Of a stretch of 64,000 nt of DNA, positions 51,040 through 62,000 are shown piece after piece (position 1 is the first letter of the stretch; the number at the start of each line of letters is the position of its first letter). Both the position numbers and the translations under genes were made by a program. Source of the stretch: Anthoceros angustus (Eukaryota; Plantae; Anthocerotophyta); assembly GCA_010909165.1 (NCBI GenBank), contig VJWM01000220.1:186001-250000 (forward strand), given 5' to 3'. The notes below the pieces were generated by a model that was not told the DNA's origin, did no database searches, and saw only the letters and a list, made by a program, of their open reading frames with translations.

Positions 51040-53447
51040 GCTGCGGTGGAGAACAAGCCTCCTCCCGATGCGTGGAGGAGGAGCAGCCTCCCGATGCCGT
51101 GAGGAGGAGCAGCCTCCTAATGCCGTGAGGAGGAGGCCGCCTCGATGCCGTGGAGGAGTACCGCGCGCTCCCCATGGGCTTCACTGTGGAAGAGCTCGTG
51201 CCGCTGGAGAAGCGAACCGACTGCCTCAAGTCACCACCACCTCCTCTTAGGTCTTCGGATGAGAGAACAAGGGCCACCAGTGGCTTATGTGCACACGCAG
51301 ACCTTTTGAGAAAGATGATAGCACGAAGAAGGCAGCTGCTTCCTCCCTTGTCCGTGACACCGGCTCAAAACTTACCTGGACCTTCAATCCGGTGTCCAGT
51401 ACTCCCATGCCACTCCTACTCCTAACCCTTCCGTCAATGTTGGTTCTCGCTTTGAAGAAGTGCAGTGATGGAGCAGCAAGAAGTGGAAAATCCACTGTGG
51501 AGGAGGGAGATGGCGTGACGGAGATCCGCCGCAATTGCCAAGGAGAAATCGAATTAAAGGGAGATCGCCCAAATGCACGCACGTCATTCCACAATCGGAC
51601 ATTCATCTAGAATCGTGTTCTTGGTTTTAGTTGAAACCGACTTTGCTTTTACTTTCATAAGCTTGTCCAGTGTGTGTGTGGCCTTGATCGACGCCCAATG
51701 TTTCTTTTGGTCTCTCAAGCAGCAAGTGTGTGGCCTTGATCCGATGTTTCTCTTTTGGTCTGGTTGCCTAAAGCCACAAGTGTGTGGCCTGATCCGTATT
51801 TTCTATTGGTCTGCTGCCTAAACATGCGTGTGTGTGGCCTTGATCGCCTGGTGTTTCTTTTGGTCTCTCAAGCCTAAACAGTGTGTGGCCTTGCCCGTGT
51901 TTTTTTGGTCTCTCAAGTCTAAACTGGCGGTGTGTGGCCTGACCCATGTTTCTTTTGGTCTCGCAAGCCTAAACATGCGTGTGTGGCCTTGATCGCCCAT
52001 GTTTCTCCTTTGGTCTCTCAAGCCTAAACAGTGTGTGTGTTTCTCGTTGGTCTCTCAAGCCTAAACATGCAGTGTGTGGCTGCTTGGCTAACTGCATAGG
52101 ATGTACATGCCACATGCTCGCAGCATGTGCTCAGACAAGCATGTGGCCTATACATGCCACTTACAGCCACATGCGCACGCATGTACAAGCATATTCGATG
52201 TTTTCCTTCTCATGTGTCGTTGGATTAAAGAAGATTCATACGCTTATGAAGTGCTCCAATTTCGGTTGAGGTGGGTAATGCGGCACTTCATGGATCCATT
52301 GATTGGCAACCGGGAGAGAAACTAGAGACACAAGCAATTGTGGAGGCACATTCAAGAGATGTTGGTGGGATTTGGAGCATGGCTCATGTGTGTGACCAAA
52401 TGTTCAACACCATGTTGCGCAATTGGAAGAACAATCTTGCAAGATGCGCAAGACAATTTCTTGAGGGTAATCATCCACCTAAGTATAAGCCTCGTGATAT
52501 CTCGGCCGACCGTGGGATCGCATTGTGGAGAATGAAAAGCCAAGGCCGGGATGGAGATCGCACAAAAACGCATAGCAATGTTGAGGAAGTTGAACTCGGA
52601 TGCCCACCGTATGCCCACTTTGGTAATGGTGGGTTTGTGAAGTTTACAAATCGGTTTTACCAACTCTTTGGTAGACGCCCCACGGAGCAAGAGATGAGGG
52701 TGGCAAGAAGGCCGGAAATTGGATAATAAAACTTGAAACATATTGGACGCCAATCTTCCTCATCCGAGCGTTTGGCTCCAACCCCGAGAATAGGTGCCAA
52801 ACAATTGTGGCGGACCTCAAGGATGCTGGTTACAAAGATGATGATTTGGATGGTAAGATTTTGATTTGATGTCTTTGCAAGTTTTGATTGTCCTATTTTA
52901 ACTCGTTTTTGGATTTGCCATAGGAGCCGTAATCCGGCATTGGAGCGCAAGCAAGTGGATGATGACGGCTGGTTTTGGACAATTTGGTGCCTAGATTGAA
53001 GCCCGGGTTAAGTGAGGATCTTTCTCCTCCGTAGTTCTTATAGAAGATCTTTCAAGTCTGCTTGTTGTAACACCGGCTTCTTGGTAACATATTCGATTCT
53101 TGCAGAATCGGTGGCCTCCGCCTCGGGTGGGAAGCCTTAACCTCCCAAGTGTGGTCATGTGGAACGAAGCCACGATGAAGTACTTGTTGAAGTTGAACCA
53201 CTCCATCTCATGGAAGAGGTGGAAGAATTTGAAGAGGTTGAGGTATCCCTCTCTAAATGCAGGAAAAGTTTTTCAATCTCATGGCCTCTCATCGAATGAC
53301 GACAGAACTTGAAGCTCAACGCCTGCTGGAAGCTAGGTCCGGACTACGCCAAAGAGCTCAAGTCATCAAGGGTGAAGAGCATGAAGAGGAAGGAAATGAG
53401 GCTTCAACAAGTCCAATTTGAAGAGATCAAGGAGCGAGGAATTCTAG
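51040..53447 (+). pseudogene. Second CACTA ORF (possibly TnpA/ORF2-like), divergent from the transposase, frameshifted and probably spliced
   Basis: A QPPDAVEEE-like peptide repeat at 51050-51160 and a repeat-filled intron-like stretch at 51620-52230. ORF 52271-52726 contains MLRNWKNNLAR...KPRDIS...YAHFGNGGF, reminiscent of the HxxGxxGY/F motif of CACTA ORF2 proteins. The family assignment is weak. Confidence 0.4.
51668..52080. repeat. About 55-60 bp minisatellite, roughly 8 copies
   Basis: Units of gtgtgtggccttgatcgcccatgtttcttttggtctctcaagcctaaaca. Confidence 0.85.
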
Positions 53448-53519
53448 TTTGGTGCTTTCTTTTAGTTGCTCCTTAGAAACTCTTAGAAATTGATCCGACA
53501 TCGGCTTTTGTGGGAATGT

Positions 53520-53645
53520 CCCCTTTGTGTGTGTCTGGGGGAATGGCCCCAATGTTTGTGAGTGTGTGTGTCTGGGGGAATGGCCCCCATGTTTGTGTGT
53601 GGGAGTCTGTGTGTCTGGGGAATGGCTTCTATGTTTGTGTGTTTA

Positions 53646-53683
<38 letters not shown>

Positions 53684-54150
53684 TGTGTGTGTGAGTTTCT
53701 GTGCGAGCCTGCAAGAGTGTGTGCGAGCCTGTGAGCAGTGTGAGAGCCTATGAGCACCTGTGAGAGCTTGTGAGCCAGGAGCCTGTGAGCCTTGAAAATT
53801 GAGCCTTGAGCCTGTGAGAGGGAGAGTCTGTGAGCCTGTGAAACTGTGAGAGCGAGAGTCTGTGAGCCTGTGAAACTGTGAGAGCGAGAGCCTGTGAGCC
53901 TGTGAAAGCCTATGAGCTTGTGAGAGCGAGAGCGATAGCTTGTGAGCTTGTGAGAGCGACAGCTTGTGAGGCTGTGAGAGCGAGAGCTTGTGAGCCTGTG
54001 AGCGCGAGAGCTGTGAGCTTGTGAGCGCGAGCGAGCTGTGAGCTGTGAGAGCGAGAGCTTGTGAGCTGATTATGTGAGAGCCCGTGGGTTTGTGCGAGTT
54101 TGTGTGAGTTTGTGTGTTTATTTGTGTGAGTTGAATGTGTGGATTTGTGT
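53520..54150. repeat. (GT)n microsatellite and tgtgag/gagcc simple-repeat tract
   Basis: Pure GT run at about 53648-53680, followed by degenerate gagcctgt/gagcttgt repeats. Confidence 0.9.
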
Positions 54151-54374
54151 GAGGATCTGTTCATTTTGGGGTTTAGAATCGCTTGCATTTGGTAGTAGCA
54201 TTCCATTTCGTGTCCCACTAATGCACAACAAGGTGAGATACAAAATTTACAACAAAGGACGTTGTAAAACACTTGTTGTAAATATGCCCCATTTAAAGAA
54301 GCTGAAAATAGATATTTGTGTTATTAATAATATGTATTTTGTTTAAAGTCTTTACATATATATAATACTTAAAA

Positions 54375-55562
54375 GGCGTTGTAATTTAAATGTTGTAATA
54401 TGTTGTAGATGGTTTTGTAAAACACTTGTTGTAAAGCGTTGTAATTTAAATGTTGTAATTGCTTGCAATTGGGATGTAGATGGTTTTGAAAACAGTCGTT
54501 GTAAAGCATTATAAACTTAGATGAATTAATATGTTGTAGATGGTTTTGTAAAACCGTTGTAAAGCGTTGTAATTTAAATGTTGTAATTCCTTTTGCAATT
54601 GGGATGTTGTAGATGGTTTTGTAAAACAGTCGTTGTAAAGCGTTGTACCCACAGACGTCTCAAACTTAGATGTTGTAATTGCTTTGCAATTGGGATGTTG
54701 TAGATGGTTTTGTAAAAGTGTCGTTGTAAAGCGTTGTACACCGAGACGTCTCAAACTTAGATGTTGTAATTGCTTTGCAATTGGGATGTTGTAGATGGTT
54801 TTGTAAAACAGTCAAAAGCGCGTTGTACCCGCACCGAGACGCCTCAAACTTAGATGTTGTAATTGCTTTGCAATTGGGATGTTGTAGATGGTTTTGTAAA
54901 ACAGTCGTTGTAAAGCGCGTTGTACCCGCACCGACGCTCTCAAACTTAGATGTTGTAATTGCTTTGCAATTGGGATGTTGTAGATGGTTTTGTAAAAGTG
55001 TCGTTGTAAAGCGTTGTACCCCAGAGACGTCTCAAACTTAGATGTTGTAATTGCTTTGCAATTGGGATGTTGTAGATGGTTTTGTAAAACAGTCGTTGTA
55101 AAGCGCGTTGTACCCGCACAGACGCCTCAAACTTAGATGTTGTAATTGCTTTGCAATTGGGATGTTGTAGATGGTTTTGTAAAAGTCGTTGTAAAGCGTT
55201 GTACCCACACCGAGACGCCTCTCAAACTTAGATGTTGTAATTTTTTGCAATTGGGATGTTGTAGATGGTTTTGTAAAACAGTCGTTGTAAAGCGCGTTGT
55301 ACCCACACCGAGACGCCTCTCAAACTTAGATGTTGTAATTGCTTGCAATTGGGATGTTGTAGATGGTTTTGTAAAACAGTCGTTGTAAAAGTTGTACCCA
55401 CACCCCAGACGTCTCAAACTTAGATGTTGTAATTCCTTTTGCAATTGGGATGTTGTAAATGGTTTTGTAAAACAGTCGTGTAAAGCGTTGTACCCACAAG
55501 ACGCCTCAAACTTAGATGTTGTAATTCCTTTTGCAATTGGGATGTTGTAAATGGTTTTGTAA
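54375..55562. repeat. Right subterminal tandem array, unit about 90-95 bp, about 10 full plus a few degenerate copies
   Basis: Unit agatgttgtaattgctttgcaattgggatgttgtagatggttttgtaaaacagtcgttgtaaagcgttgtaccc...gacgtctcaaactt, starting at about 54668, 54759, 54852 and onward. Confidence 0.93.
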
Positions 55563-55897
55563 ATGGCACCACGTCATCACATGGTGATGTGGCAATGAGG
55601 GCCATGTCATCAAATTATGCCATGTCATCACCGATGATGTGGCAATGAAGGGCCATGTGGCAACAACATGCCATGTCATCACTTGGTGATGTGGCGATGT
55701 GGCGCCACATCACCACTTTAATGACAATCGAACCGCCATGTCGCAATTTTACAACATCATGAAGTTTTGCCATAACCAAGAGTTGGCGCCTGCTTTTACA
55801 ACATCATGAAGTTTTGCCATAACTACAGTTGCGCTGCTTTTACAACGTTGTAACACCCGCTGTAAAACCGCTGTAAAACCCTCATTTTCTTGTAGTG

Positions 55898-58232
55898 TTT
55901 CGGGCCTCAAGGAGGGAGAGCTTGAGTGGGCGCCTAGGGCCGAGGCCCCGCCAAGTAGAGCGCAAGGGCGCCCGGGGCCGGAGGCCTGTGGCAGAGCGCA
56001 AGGGCGCCCGAGGTGGGGGTCGCCCTTCAAGCGACTGGGAGGAGGACGATCGAGGATTCCTGACTCCATACGCCTGAGCGAACCCCTCACCACCTGTGAA
56101 GTTTGGGAGGCGATTCCCTTCCTCCTTTTGGTGCCCTCCGAGTGCAGAGGGAGCGATGCCGGAGGGCGCTGGCGCCCGCACCGATGCAACAGCCCAACAA
56201 CCACGACCGCCGAGCCCCGACGAACTCAGGGAGCCAAGAGGAAGACGGTGCCGCTTACCAACGCAAAGACCTCGTAAGGTGCCGATTCCCCCGCCTACCT
56301 GAGTGGCAAGAGGTCAAGAGGCGTAAGGAGGGCGTAAAGGGACGTGGCCCAAGGAGCAGGAGGTCACCGCGCAGCCCACCTCGAGCCGGCCCCTGCCCCG
56401 GCTGTGAAGGGGCAAAAGAGCTTGCTCCTGACCCCTCACCTCCTCCGAGCCCTGTGAGAAAGAGGGCACAAAGGAGTTAGAGGCCAAGAGGGCCAAGAGG
56501 GTGAGACTGACCACCACTGTGACCCGAGGGTCCCGATTAGGTCCGAGAACCCACCGACTTACGATCATGGAGGTCCTGGCGGATCGAGAAATGCCGGCTC
56601 CCACTACGGACTTTGTGGGGCCTCACTGGCCGTGGAAGAAACACAAGTCTGCTACCGCCATGGACGGAATGCTTTGGGGTCTCTGGTACATGAGAAGACC
56701 TGTGAAGTGGAGGCCACCCGAGGAGGATGGTGGAACCCAAGAGCAAGTGAAGGCCGAGGGGCAAAGGAAAGGCGGAGTCCCTCCGGATCGAGGAAGGGAA
56801 ACGGTGGCGGAGCGCGAGGCCCGGCGGTTCAAGCAGACTGGTTAAGGTTCTTCACCATCAAGCAAGCTCAGAGGCCCAAGCGGGCGGAGGACCTTGTGCT
56901 AAGAGGGAAGCGCAGCAGAGGCTAAGAGGCCCCGCACAAGCAGAGAGCTCGGACCGCGGAGGCGGCCAGAGCAAGGCCAAGTGGGCGAGGCCTGTAAAGG
57001 CGGCGGAGCCTGCCGCTGCAAAGAGCGACCGGATCACCATGACGTGATCGAACCGTGGAGAGAGTCACAGTACCGAGGTTACTGGCGGCGCACAAAGGCC
57101 ATGGAGGTAAGGGCTGAGATAGGGGATCTCCGAGTACACGCAGAGGTAGAAGGAGGCGAGCAGATGGAGGATGAAGGACACGCTGGAGCTACAACCCAAG
57201 ATGCGCTTGAGCAGCAGTGATTCTCAACGAGAGAATCCACGACGAGCACGAAATAGTGCCCGGCCTCCTCAAGACGGAGGAAAATCGCGACTATCCAAGG
57301 AGTTGGACGCTGTGCTGTATGAGCCGGAGGAAGTCCGAGCCTGGACGAGGTATCCGATCACTGGAGAGGGAGTCATGAGCTAAAGGCCGTAATGAACGGA
57401 GGAGCGCGAGCACCGGAAGTGTAAAAGAAGCCGTCCAAATGAGAAAGGCGGAAGGGAACGCCGCGCTATGGCGGTAAGTCGCAATGGAAAGGAAACGACG
57501 GAGCCGGAGCAGGGAGCAATGGCACTGCAGGAGGTGACCGAGGCCGCCTTGTAGCCTCGGATATGCCGGCCCCACACAACCGGGCAGGAGAGGTGGCCCA
57601 ACAACAAGCAAAGACGCCCCCTAACACTTATGGCGGAGGGAGTATCGGTGCCCGCACACGTGGAAGAGGCACCAACAAGTCGATCTGACTTTGCCTATTA
57701 CCACCGAGCCCCGGCGAGAAGCCTCTCGACTCAGAAACGGACGGACCTGGAAGGCTCAAGGAGATGAAGGCCACGGGACAAAGACAGGACCCTAGTGGCC
57801 CCTGCTTGGAGATGACGGAGCGGAGAGGAGCAACCGAGGAGGAACGAGGGAGCGCGATGCGATCGAGGTAAGCACCCCGCACCTCACCATGGAAGGAGGG
57901 GCCAACGGCGAGTCACCGGATCGGGAACAGGAGGACTTCGAGGAGAGCCACTGAGGAGTCCCGTGAGGGAGGAAACCCGGTGGCGTGAGTCCGACTTTGT
58001 CCGGACCCAGAGGAGGACCAAGTCCGGACTCAGAATAAGTCCGACTCAAGTCCGGACTGAATAAGTCCGGACTCAAGTCCGGACCACAAGTCCGGACCAC
58101 GAGGTCCGGACCACAAGTCCGGACCACGAGGTCCGGACCAAGTCCGACTCAAGTTCGTGAGTCGAGACAGACCTCGAGGACCGGCCGGGCAAGAAGGAGG
58201 AGCCCCTTCGACTTACGCTTAGGGGAGCAGAA
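55898..58232 (+). mobile_element. 3' region of a gypsy-like element: degenerate extra ORF, short tandem repeats and putative polypurine tract
   Basis: GC- and purine-rich coding-like sequence continuous with 18367-18604, agtccggac repeats at 57988-58150, and purine tract aggggagcagaa at 58221-58232 directly before TG. Confidence 0.55.
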
Positions 58233-59092
58233 TGGTGGCCCCACCGGGCGGACCTGTGGAGGCCAGGGAGGATGACGCCGTGGTAACGGGTCGATCACGC
58301 CAGAGCCCAACCCGGCTGTGATTCCGGGAGAGGAGGGGCCCCGCCACGGATCATCCGATTGGGTGCACCACAACCGCTGTGACGGGGATTGACCACCCAT
58401 TCCGAGGCGGGCCTGTGACCTTCCCACCACACGGCGAAGGAGATAGGGGAGGATAGGCGGCCGATTAGGTATACCGAGTCACACGTGTGGGGGTAATAAA
58501 GACGCCACCTTGGGCGCAGATAAGAGGGGCCGAGCCTAGTAAAGCATCTTTCTTGGTGTTGATGCGCGTTCTTGCACCTTTGTGAGTCTTCTTGCTAACG
58601 TGAGTCCCGAGTCACCGAAAGGTGCACGACCCGGGAGATTGATCAAGGTCCCGTGACGACTTAACGCTGTGGTGTGTGCGGGGAAGGGTGACCGCGTGCC
58701 CCGAGCCGCGGTCCGACAACCGACTGAACGCGTGAGCCGGAGGAACTCCGGAGGTGGTAGAGCCCGGACGAGAGGCCCGGAACGACGAGGAGGTCCGGAT
58801 CACAGAACCCGCGCTTTTTCTAAGATCAAGAGTGTAGCGTGAGAGGAGAGAGGAAAGGACCGATGCGTGAGGATGTATGTGAACGATACGGACGCGAACG
58901 GGTCCTAAACGCTTGGCCATACCGGCTCACGTGAACGCTAGAGTAGTTAGAGTATGTGTGTGCCGAGACCGAACGAGCTAAGGACGGTAAGAATCACCAA
59001 ACGCGTAAACGGGCCTATCATTCCTTTGGGAACGGACTTCTTCCTACAACGACACGGATTGTGCGCCGGCCATCAAGAAAAGTCCCGCCACA
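58233..59092 (+). mobile_element. Putative LTR (TG...CA) followed by a primer-binding site
   Basis: Starts tggtgg after the purine tract and ends cccgccaca. It is followed by ttttggcgcgccggg (59093-59107), resembling the tRNA-Asp-type PBS TGGCGCCGTTGCCGGG of non-chromoviral gypsy elements. Confidence 0.6.
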
Positions 59093-62000
59093 TTTTGGCG
59101 CGCCGGGAATGAAATCGGTCTGTGGTGCCGCAGCCCTTAGGAAGAGAAGGTAAGTGAATGCGTGGCGGTCGAGCGGCGGTCAAGAGTGAACCGCCGGAGG
59201 ATCGGACGTGGTCACCTCGCGTGCTCTCCGAGCCGTGAGAGGAGAGACGCCAAACCCAACGAGAGAGCACCGCCGATCGAGGAGGGAGAACGTGGTCGAA
59301 TTGTCGACCAAGACGAGTACGGGTACAGGGACGCCAACGGAAGAAGGTAGGACCCACGCCTAACCCATCGATGGCGCAGCCATGGCCCCTACCGACCAAA
59401 CAAGCGATCTATATTCGGAGGAAGAAGGAGCGGATGCGAGACCTTTGTGGAGGACTTCGTGTCCAAAGCCAACTTCAACGGAGAGGGAGTCGACGCTCAT
59501 CCAAATTTTCCAAGGGGTTCTCCGAGGACACCGCTCAATGGTATCGGAGAAAGTACCGACCACCGGAGAATGCCCCACCCGCCTGCTTGAAGCTTTGAAA
59601 ATGCCTTCTTAGAACGGTTTCGAGGGATCACCGTGAGGGGTATGTATTATCAAAGTTGGAAAATCAAGCGAGGAAGAAGGAGAAGCCGGGCTCAGACATC
59701 GAGCGGTTCTATGCCCCGAGGGATCGCATCCAACCCATACCACGATGCAAGCGACGGTGGTTCGCGGCCGGTCTAGCCAAACCCATGGCTGTGCACGCCC
59801 CGCCGCTAGCCGAGAAGGACGTGGCAAGGCGGTCGAGCGGCCGAAAACTACGAGGAATCGCTACATCGAGGATAAAGAACCGCTCAAGGAGGCAAGAAGA
59901 AGAAGAAGAAACGGGTTCGACTGAGGAGGAAGAGTCTTCGAGGAGGAGGAAGACCAATCGAGGTGTCTGAGGAGGAGCAGTCGTCAAGAAGAGACGGAGG
60001 TCTCTAGCGAGGAAGAGTATCCCGCAAGAAGAAGAGCAAGAAGGCCCCGCTAAAAAGAAGGTGGTAAGAAGGAGGTGGTGACACCAAAGACCGTCCGAGA
60101 AGCTCCACGACCCGACTCAAAGGAGGTAGCAGTCCGCGGGAGGACCGGAAAAGTGATAAAGAGAGTAGAGGACCGCGATAAACTGTTAAGGACCGAGAGC
60201 GCGGAAAACACCGACCACGGCGAACGATCTCGTGCCGTGCAATACACGGCCATTCGAAGTCCAACCGCCTCAAGGCCGGCATCAAGTGGACTACGAATAC
60301 GAGGAGGAGGCCGAGGAGCAATGGGAAGAGGCCTATCATGTGAAGCCCCTCCGGGCCGCGATATCCCAAAACCATGTATCCGCCAACCGGAGGTCCGCTA
60401 CAACGAGCCCCACCGATGCAAAGACCGCATGGGAGCCCTTCGTATCCTCCGACGGCCGTGGTCTGGAACTGCGAATCTCGCCATTACTCCAACGCGTGTC
60501 CGCACTCCAACGAGGTGGTAATGGGGACTTGTGGTGGCGATCGCAAGGCCGGGCATATGTGCAAGACGCTATGTCCCAACCCCGCACAAGGAGACGACAT
60601 ATGCCACACCAAGCGGAGAACTCGACCACCAACGCCACCTCCTAAGACGCACACGGCAAGTCAAGATGCTCCATGGAGTGGGAAGAGATTCCCAGGTACG
60701 CGAGATGGAAAAGAACAAGAAGGTACTGGGGTGTCGAAAGGAAGGGAGTGTGGAAATCTTGAGGTGTCTACTGAGTCAAGGAAGGAGCGACGAGAAAGGC
60801 GCCATTGAAGAAGAACAAGATCGAGGAAAAGCGCCACTCCGAGGAAGGCAATCAAACCAGCAGAGGATCCGACCGATGAAGGAGGGCTGGACGGCTCACG
60901 AGGGATTACCCAAGGAAGTTCTCCTGTGACAGAGAAGGGAACGCCTCCCGCGACGGCGACGTTAGCTTCCACCGGACGTAGTCCGGAGGTGACCGAGATG
61001 TTGCAGGAGGAAATGCGCAAGCATCCGGAGAATACCGTAACACGGGTGACCCGGGAGAGGATGAGGACGCAGCAGCAGGATCCTCGATTGGGGTAGAAGC
61101 CTCGCCTTTAATGTGGCGACCGATGATGAATCGCAGACCTGTGTCCTTTCGATACCGCCGAGGGATAACCCAAATACCGGCAAGAGGTCCGCTGGCCGTT
61201 AGGGGAAACCCAGCCATGAGCACCAAAGCCGTGAAGGGTAGCACATGGAAGTGAGGGTGGTGTCCCATACGACCTGGGGCGCCAGTGGTACAAGTGGAGA
61301 TTGGATGTATCATCAAGGATGTACTGCTGGACACGGGTCCGAGTCAACCTCATCAGCCACGACGAAAATTGGGCTTCACATCCTTCAACCTCAACGAAGA
61401 CTCGAGAATGGCGTATATGTCAAGAAGAGATCCGGGAGTTAACCGAGTCTTGGCCACCATAGCCGCACCCTACAAACCGGATTTTGTTGTGATCAAACCG
61501 CCGGACCATTAGGGTATGAGGTGTTGTCTGCCATGGTTGGCCTGCATAAGCTACACTTTGGAAGGAAGGAGATTCACTTCAAGCCGTGGACTGGGACCCT
61601 AAGGTGCGAGAAGGGAGGGTTGCTATCACCGGAGCAAGGACACCTATTGTGGGGAAACCGTGAGCACTACGAAGGGTATACCTCGGAGGACTCCACGGCG
61701 ACGTTAGCTTCCACGAGTCCGGAGGTGACCGAGATGTTGCAGGAGGCGCAAGCATCCGGAGAATACCGTAACACTAAGTGACCCGGGAGAGGATGAGGAC
61801 GCAGCAGCAGGATCCTCGATTGGGGTAGAAGCCTCCCTTTAATGTGGCGACCGATGATGAATCGCAGACCTTGTGTCCTTTCGACACCGCCGAGGGATAA
61901 CCCAAATACCGGCAAGAGGTCCGGCTGCCGTTAGGGGAAACCCACCGAGCACCAAAGCCGTGAAGGGTAGCAGTGGAAGTGAGGGTGGTGTCCCATACGA

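Larger units (their letters stand above)
18605..55897. mobile_element. Giant CACTA (En/Spm) DNA transposon, about 37.3 kb as assembled, with captured gene fragments
   Basis: Left terminus CACTACAAGGAGG at 18605, right terminus TTTTCTTGTAGTG ending at 55897 (reverse complement CACTACAAGAAAA). A 3-bp direct repeat TTT lies at 18602-18604 and 55898-55900. Both ends share subterminal motifs, and a TnpD-type transposase lies inside. Confidence 0.9.

Noticed and set aside
54375-55562. CRISPR-like array
   Set aside because: The variable parts are indel variants of one sequence rather than unique spacers, there are no cas genes, and the context is a eukaryotic CACTA end.
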